Below are positions 51,101-60,100 of a stretch of 64,000 bases of DNA, one piece after another (within the stretch, counting starts at the first letter, position 1; the number at the start of each line of letters is the position of its first letter). The DNA comes from Amphiscolops sp. MND2022. Lineage: Eukaryota. The notes under the pieces were generated by a model. That model saw nothing but the letters and a program-made list of their open reading frames with translations. It did no database searches and had not been told where the DNA came from. Location of the stretch: assembly GCA_964187785.1 (NCBI GenBank), contig OZ076410.1, forward strand, positions 100,750,001-100,814,000. The letters are read 5' to 3'. Made by a program: the position numbers and the translations under genes.

Positions 51101-54100
51101 TACTTCTAAATGGCCAAAATGAACCGAATATTAGGGGTGTGCGATTAATTGATATTTCATTGAAAACCAAAGAATACATTAATTCATTGGTTTCATCAGC
51201 GCTGTAAAATTTCAGTCAATGAATCAATCTCAATTCTCATTGGCTATTTTAGGAAGCTATGCAAAATTTCCAGCATCTTTCCAACTTCAGTATAGTTTTA
51301 TAGTATGGAGTGACGGAGGTAACATTATTTCCAGTGGAAGTCAAAGTATTTCTCCAGCAATTTCAGAATGTTAATTTTTCTCAAAGAAAATCTTTTGAAA
51401 TAATAAATTTCTAACCTTTTCTGAATTCATTGATTTTCACCGACTTTTCAATTAATAAAAGCTGACATTGAGTGATCATTGACCGAGTTTAAATTTTTCC
51501 CTAACCGCACACCCCAACCGAATATGAAATACGAAATAGAATGAATATGAATATATTAGGTATAACAAGCCGGGAACGGCCCAAGTCGGCGCCATATCTA
51601 AGGCTCAAAAAGACTCGAAATCCACTTTTTCTACAACTGGAGACAACAAAAATTCTCAAAAAAAAATAAAAATTGAGAAAAAAATTTCTGAATTTTTTTT
51701 CGAAATTTTTTTTGAAGTTTACGGTAAGTCGCATAGTACCGAAAAATGTAAAAGGGGGGACTCTTTGGGATTTTTTTGAACATCCATTCTGTTGCAAAAT
51801 ATCAAAAATTGATGGGAGGAACAATAAGAAAAATTCGGAAAAAATCAGTCTCACAGTGCCGAAAAAAGGAGGAAAGTCTCATAGTGTCGAAAAAAGTGGA
51901 CCCTTCTGCTTTGGAATGGCTTTTTATCTCATGTTAGCGGCTTTGGATGCGTTGAAAATGAAGTACTAAGTACATATGGTAAAAGTTGGTAAATGTGCAT
52001 TAATGCACAAAAAGTGGACCGATCGCGTTGAACTGACGAAAAAAAACTAGCCACTGTAAGAGTCGGGATTTTCTTCGAAAACGCCGACTATAAATGTATT
52101 TCTTTCCATTCAACATCCCTGTGTGTGAAGCATGGGCCATGTTGAGGTTGGCCTTGAGTTTCTTCACGTGTTCCTTGAACTTGTCGCACAGGGACATGCA
52201 GAACAACAGCCGGGAGTACAGGGGCGTCTCGGGGGGCGGCTGCTCTCCATGCGGTTGGGGCACCCTGCATGCAAAAAAAAACAGATGAATTAAAAAAACA
52301 CTGAATTCCTTTTTTGTTGTTACATTATTATAAACAAGACGGGAACGACCAAAGGCGGCGCCATATCTAAGGCTCAAAATTTAGAAGGGGGGACCCTTCG
52401 GGCTTTGTGAAATTCCAGCTGGTTGCAAAAAAATAAAAAAAATTGAAGGGGAACCCTCGGGAGATTTTAAAAAAGTTCCGAGAAAAATTTTTTAACTGAG
52501 ATTTTTGAACAGTGTCACAGTGCCAAAAAATGTAAAAGGGGGGACCCTTTGCGACTTTTTGACATCCATTGTGTTGCAAAATATCGAAACAAATGAAGGG
52601 GGACCCTTTGGTGCAATCCAAAAAGTTTCAAAAAGTCTCATAGTGCCGAAAAAAAGTGGGGCTATGGTGGGATCTTTAGTGTGTTTTCGAGGTTGTGGAC
52701 GTCTGTTTTGTTTTTTCTTTTCGTTTTGGACGAGCTTCTGAGGTTGGAGTTGTTGAGGTTTGAAGTTGTTGAGGTTTGACGTTGTTGAACAAATGAACAA
52801 AAAAGTGGACCTTTCGTGTCTAAAAAAACTACCCACTGTAATAGTCGGGCACATTTTCTACTGAAATGCGCCGACTAAAAATGGCCCCTGCGGGGCACAA
52901 TATCATTTCTGCTTTTAGGCTTTCATGTTCAATTATAGAAGCATATCTATTAAACAAGGGATAACAAGCCGGGAACGGTCCAAGTCGGCGCCATATCTAA
53001 GGCTCAACAAATTGTGAAATTTTGGGGAAAAAATTGGGGAAAAATGAAAACGAACTTTAAAAACGTTATATTCGAACTTTGAAAACGTTATAAAAAAGAA
53101 CACTGAATTAACCTTTGTTGATAAAACAAGAAATTGTTTTGAGAAAACAAAGCTGTGTAATGTTTGAAAAGGTAATGTAATTAAAATTTTACAATTTGGA
53201 TATTCAAAGAACAATTAAGTAAAACGGAAATCATTCCAACACTTTTTGCTGTAACTAGGTAAGTCGATTTCGTTTCCGAACTTCTCCTGGAAAAAAATTA
53301 ATCTTTCGTTTCATAGTCACGTAGGTATAAATATATTCGAGCTTTGGAAAAACATTATATCCTAACTTTGAAAACGTTATATCTACTTTAAAAACGTTAT
53401 ATCTACTTTGAAAACGTTATATTCGTACTTTGAAAACATTATATCCGAACTTTGAAAACGTTATATCCGAACTTTGACACAGAGGCGAAGCGGTGCTTCG
53501 CAACACATGACGAAGACATCGATTATTTTAATATGCGTATATATATTATTTTAATCGCATGCGTATATATTAAACAGTTCAACTTTGTTCAATAACGTCC
53601 CTATGGCACAGTGGTCAAAACTTATGCCGTGCAATCGGGAGGCTGCAGGTTCGAATCTCTCTGGGGTTTTGGCTTTTTTCTAAAAGGCACTCATTATGAA
53701 GTTGACTATAGAGGAAAAAAACTTACTTAGCTGGACTGCAATGCACATTGACTTCGTCATGTGCAAAAACGTTGTATCCGAACTTTGAAAACGTTGTATC
53801 CGAACTTTGAAAACGTTATATCCGAACTTTGGAAACGGTTTATCCAATTCAGAAACCGTTACATCCGAACTTCAACTTTGAAACGTTATATCCTAACTGA
53901 AATCCGGGTTGACCTCTCGGGTAAAGGTTGAACAAATGAACAAAAAAGTGGGCCATTCAGAGTGAACTGAAAAAAAAACTACCCTTAAGGAAAAAGGCGC
54001 CAACTAAAAAACGTTGAATTTTTTTTGTAGTTACGTTACAATATTGAAAAAAAATCCATTCATACTACAGAAAAGGCAGTGTAGTTATTAACTGTTTGAG

Positions 54101-57100
54101 ATTGAATTTTATTTAAAAAATGGCAAAATTACTCAACTAAACTTGTAGGTGCTCCAACATTTCTTTTCCGAATTCAGGTCTAAAAATCTCTTTCTGAAAT
54201 CTTACCAGGAAATTCTGTTTGAGTTTTTGCTTAGCAGTGCTGCAAGAGCACTTTTTATTTTAAAACAGGGTAATTTGACAGGGTATTCCACAGGTCAATT
54301 GCCTTTTCGAAAAAAAACAGTTGCGAATAAAATACCTTCGTTGCATTAAATTGCAATACTCCCATTTCGTTCAGTTTCGCTGTTTCTTAAAAATTGCAGG
54401 ATAAGGTTTCAATTCTTTCGGTGTTAATTTACAAAGGAAACAAGCCGGGAACGGCCCAAGTCGGCGCCCGCTCAAGGCAAAAAGTGCAAGACAATTTCCT
54501 AACTCGAAACACCGAAGAAGTCTCATAGCACCGAAAACCAGACCCCAAAGTTATTCAACACGCCAATTATTTGAAAAGTTGAAAAAATTCGACAATGCTT
54601 AAACGTGCAACTACTTGAAACGGTAAAAAACTGAAGCCGTTCACTCTTTGGGGCAAAAAAAAATAAGTCTCATAGTGCCGAAAAAAGTGAAAAAGGGAAC
54701 GGTTCTGTTTTGGAACGGCTTTGTATTTCAGGTTAGAGGCTTTGGATGCGTTGAAAATCAAGTACTAACTAAGTATCGTTAAAGTGCACCGTGTACAAAA
54801 AGTGGACCATTCAGAATGAGACTGACCAAAAACTAGTCACTGTAATAGCCGGGCACTTTTCTTTAATCGAAAAGCGCCGTCTAAAAATAGTCACGCCTAA
54901 CTGCGCATTGCGAAAAAAAGATAACAATCCGAATAGCTGGGAAGTCTGTGAATGATCAAACAAGCCTCGATTGGCTAGTGAACAGACATTTTGGCGAAAT
55001 CTCGGTTAAAAATGTCCACTTTTTGTAACAAAAACTTTCGTTAGTTTCCACATCATTTTCCATCAAATTGTTCCTGAAAAATTTAGAACTCAAACTGGAA
55101 TGGTAATTTTTGGCCTGAAATTCAAAGGCAACAAAAACAAGACAATGGAATATTTGTCATACCCTGGACTGTTGGTGCTGTTTGATTGGCTGTTCGAATG
55201 CCCTTTGTTCTGCTGTTGCTGTTGCGAGGTGGAGGCAATCAGTGACCCCTGATTGACCTCTTTGAGAGCAAGGGTCACGTAGAGGTCATCGCCATCTATT
55301 AGACAGATCTCGTTGATGAAAGAAAGCATCTTGGCAATCAGCAGATTCGAGATCTGCAAAAGAAAACAAGAATTTGAATCTTCGAGGGAAAAAACATGAG
55401 GAAACAGTGAGCTTGCATTTTTCCAAACCGATTTCCATTTTTGACAGACAAAAATTGTCTACGAATGTTGAGAGAAAAAACCAGGAAGTTACTAACAAGT
55501 AGTTACACAGAGGCGAAGCCGTGCTTCGCAAACACTTGCGAACTTTTGAAGAAAACCAAATAAGCAATTTCATACGGAAAACCAAGGGTGAAAGGAGATT
55601 AAAATTTCATCAATTTCACAGCGCCAAAAAATACCCGAAGGGATACGCGTAAGCCTCGAAAACCATTCTTCCCCAACTGAAAACAGCAAAAAACCCATTC
55701 TTTCTCAACGGAAAATCTTAAACAGAAAAAAGAAGAAAAAAAATTTCAACATTTTTCGAAAACATTTCTGATGGTTTCCGGTAAGTCGCAAAGCCTTGAG
55801 GAGTCCTCTCGCAAAACGTTTCGTTTCTTGTAAAAATTGAGCAGGGGCTTCGGTGAAAACAAAGTTTAAAAAAGTCGCATAGAAAAAAGATCGGTCCGCC
55901 TCTGTTGTGACACGTGTCGTGCGCAGCAGTGCCGGTCCCAAGCCCGGATAAAGGAGGAGGGTTGGCGTCAGGAAGGGCATCCGGCCGCAAAAACCCCGCC
56001 ACAAGAACAAAATGGCAAAGTCTTTAAACAAAGTACCCACAGGCGATGCTAGCAGCCACAGAGCAGCTGGTGACGTCTCCGGCTGGGCGGCTCGAGGACA
56101 AGGAGTCGCAGGGTCGGGCCATCGCGGCGAAATCAGAGATTGTCCAAAATCTTTTCGTGTGGGCTCACTTAACGTGGGTACCATGCGCGGGAAAGGGGGT
56201 GAAATGGCAGAAATGTTGACTAGAAGGAGGACTGATCTGTGCTGCTTACAAGAGGTCAGGAGGAAAAACTCTGGCACAGCGATCCTGGTAGGTAAGCGCT
56301 CACGATACAAGTTCTTCTGGAATGGAAACGAAGAAGGTTTAGGTGGGGTAGGTGTGATGCTAGCGGAGAAGTGGTGGGAGAACGTGTTCGCGGTAGACAG
56401 AGTATCGAACCGAATTCTCCTCGTCAAAATGAACATCGATAAAGTCGTCTTCGCGTTTGTGTGTGTATATGCGCCACAGATCAATCTGAAGGCTGTAGAG
56501 AAAAACCGTTTCTATGATGCACTACAGACAGTTGTAACGAAAGTGCCTGGGTCTGAGCAGCTCTTTATCTGTGGGGATATGAACGGGCATATCGGCGCAG
56601 ACTCCAAAGGTTACAGTGAAGTCCAAGGCAGTTGGGGATACGGACTGAGAAATCCGGAAGGTGAGAGAATTCTGGAACTATGCGTCGCAAATGATCTCCT
56701 TGTAGGCAATTCTTGGTACCAGAAGAAGCCTCTGCACCTGGTTACGTACCAATCTGGAGGAGTTGCCACTCAAGTGGATTATATCCTGTTCAGACGAGCA
56801 TTCAAAAAGAAAGTGAGCAATGTCAAGGTTATAGCCGGAGAAGAATGCGCTCCGCAGCACAGACTAGTGATAGCAGATTTCACCGTCGCTGCCCCGTCAC
56901 CACCGAAGTGCAAGTTCGAGCCGCGGCTGAAAATTTGGAAACTACGAGCCCCAGACAAACAGGTTGAATTTGCAGAGCGCTTCAAAACAAATTTCGAAGC
57001 CTCGAGTGTGGAGGGCGCTGGGACCACCGTTGAAGAGTTATGGTTAGCCCTGAAGGGAAATTTGCTGCAGACCACGAAGGAAGTCTGCGGGACCTCCTCG

Positions 57101-60100
57101 AAACACCAGTGGAGAAAGCAGACGTGGTGGTGGAACGACGTGGTTGACAATGCTATCAAAGAAAAGCGAAAATGTTATAAGGCGTGGAAAGCGGGTGGCA
57201 GTCGCGTGGCCTACAACGACGCAAAGCGCGTCTCGAATCGAGCAGTCTTCCATGCAAAGAATGAAGCTCAAAAAGCTGCACTGGATGATATCGATTTCAA
57301 GTCTCCAGACATTTTTCGCCTTGCAAAGCAGCTAAAGAATGACAAGCTAGATGTAGTGGGAGAAAAGCCTGTCAGGAATGACGAAGGTGTGCTTTCGCTC
57401 GACGATAAGTCCAAGAAGAGTGCTTGGAAGGAGCACTACGAGCGACTCCTCAATGTCGAATTCGACTGGAGTCCGGATGATTTATCTGAGGAAGAACCTA
57501 TCGAAGGTCCCAGTGAGCCAATCACCGATGAACTCATCGCGAAAGCAGTCGCTAAGTTGCCTATTGGGAAAGCGGCAGGGCCATCTGGGATCATTGCTAA
57601 ATTGATAAAGCCCACTGGCGAATTCGGTGTGAGTTTGATCCGCCAGCTGATTGAAGTGATCAGATCTGAAGGTAAAATCCCGTCGGACTGGCGAGAAAGC
57701 TACATCATTAGTTTGTACAAAGGCAAAGGCGATGCACTCGATCGCGGCAACTACCGGGGTCTAAAGTTAATCGAACATGTATTGAAGGTCCTAGAGCGCG
57801 TTGTGGAGAGCCTGATCAGGAAGAGGGTGGAAATCAACGACATGCAATTTGGTTTCATGCCGGGTCGTGGTACCACTGATGCTATCTTCATCCTTCGTCA
57901 GCTACAGGAGAAACATATGGCGGCAAACAAGACCCTCTACATGGCGTTTGTCGATCTGGAAAAAGCATTTGACCGCGTCCCCAGGAATGTCATCTGGTGG
58001 GCGATGCGGAAGCTCGGGATCGAGGAGTGGCTAGTGAAAGTGGTTCAGTCAATGTATGAGAATGTGAGCAGCAGAGTGAGAGTCGGTAAGGGCTACAGTG
58101 ATGCTTTTGAAGTGAAAGTCGGTGTTCATCAGGGCTCAGTGCTTAGTCCGCTCCTGTTCATAATAGTGATGGAGGCCCTCTCCAGAGAATTCCATACAGA
58201 TCATCCGTGGGAACTGCTCTATGCTGACGACTTGGTTATCATTGCGAAATCAGTCGAGGAATTGTTAGAAAAATTGAAGAAGTGGAAGGCCGCTATTGAG
58301 AAGAGGGGATTACGGGTGAACATGGGAAAAACTAAAGTGGTTGTGTCTGGACATAATTTGAACGTGTTGAAAAAGTCCAGCAAGTTCCCCGGCGGTGTCT
58401 GTTTAACCGGTGTCGGTGCCAACTCAATCTATTGCAGCGGGTGTTCCCTTTGGGTACACAAGAGGTGTAGCGGTTTACCAGGGGCATTAAAAGAGGATCC
58501 TAAATACCGATGTCCCCGTTGCCAGGGCACCGCTCGTCGGATTGATGGCAGACCGATAATCGAATTGCAGCTGGGAAAAGACAAGCTGGAAGTTGTTCCT
58601 GAATTCTGTTACTTGGGCGACATGACTTCGGCCTGCGGTGGCTGTGACCTCGCAGTAATAATGCGCTGCAAATGTGCTTGGGGAAAGTTCCGACAGCTTC
58701 TTTCTTTACTCACCAATCGTCACATACCTCTTGTTGTCCGTGGCTATGTTTACTCAGCATCTGTCAGAAGCGTAATGCTTTATGGAGCGGAAACGTGGGC
58801 GACCACTGCTGACACTATGAGCCGGCTGCGCAGGAATGACAGAGCCATGTTGAGATGGATGTGTAATGTCAAATTGAACGACAAGGTCAGTTCTGGCTCC
58901 ATCCTTTCTAAACTCGGGCTCCAGGACATTGAGACAATCGTAAGAACTAACAGGTTGCGCTGGTTTGGCCACGTCGAAAGAAGCGCTGGGTGGATAAACC
59001 ATGTGAGAAACCTGGAAGTTCAGTCACAACAGAAAAGACCAGGGAGACCGAAGCTGACCTGGAATGATGGGGTGATGCGCGATAAACAGCTGCTCGGGAT
59101 GACGACATGTGACCCCCAAAACCGTTCGAGCTGGAGGGGTCGCCTGAGACAACGCCGACTGGCCTCACCCTCTGTTGAAGAGGATTAATCCCGGCCAGGA
59201 TAATACAAACAGGATAATGAATGAATGAATGAATTTTAAAACTGAAAATTGAGAAAAAATTTTCCGAATTTTTTTGAAGTTTCCGCTAAGTCGCATAGTG
59301 CCGAAAAATGTGAAAAAGGGACCCTTTAGGATTTGATAACATTCGTTCTGTTGCAAGATATCAAAAAATTGAAAGGAGGACGCTTTGGGTACATTTTCGA
59401 AAAAAATAAGGGAGTCTAAAAATTTTTTGAAAAAAAATTAGAATTTTGAACAGTCTCATAGTGCCGAAAATTCTGAAAAAAGGGACCCTTTGGGATTTTT
59501 TAACATTCGTTCTCTTGCAAAATATCAAAAAAAAATTGAAAGGAGGACTCTTTGGGGACATTTACGGGTTCGAACACGAAACCTCTGGGTTGAAAAGCAA
59601 GCATCTTACCACTAGACCACGAACGCGTGAAACGTGCGAGTTGCCGCGTGAAATCAGAGAGTTGTCGCGCGGAAAAAAAAGCACCCGCACTTTCCCATAA
59701 CACTTGCTTATCGCAAGTGTAATAAGTAGTGGAAACCAGATGGAAACGCCAAAGACCGCCACCCAGTTTGAGACTCAAAGAGCGCCAAATCTTTTGAACT
59801 GCTCAGGGGTGGCGTTTAAGAAAGCTCTGGAAAAACTCAGAGCGGAAAATTATCCGAAGGCGGTCCCTTCGGCTGGAAAATGCTTTACCCAATATCAAAA
59901 AACTCGAAATGTTAAGCAAGGTAATGGCAGATTTCGTCCCAAACAGATTTCGTCCCACGTGAAATTCTGACAGATTTCGTCCCATCTTTTACAATTAAAA
60001 CAGATTTCGTCCCACGTGGAATTTTGACAGATTTCGTCCCACATCCATTAAAATGACTTTGGTTAATTATTGATTATTTTTACGATAACCTAGTCAGCTA

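Noticed and set aside
55705-56484. 259-aa minus-strand ORF
   Set aside because: Antisense shadow of the RTE 5' end running into HINE sequence; no motifs.
59560-59640. Functional tRNA gene
   Set aside because: A and B boxes are present but the anticodon and acceptor stems do not pair; treated as a tRNA-derived remnant.
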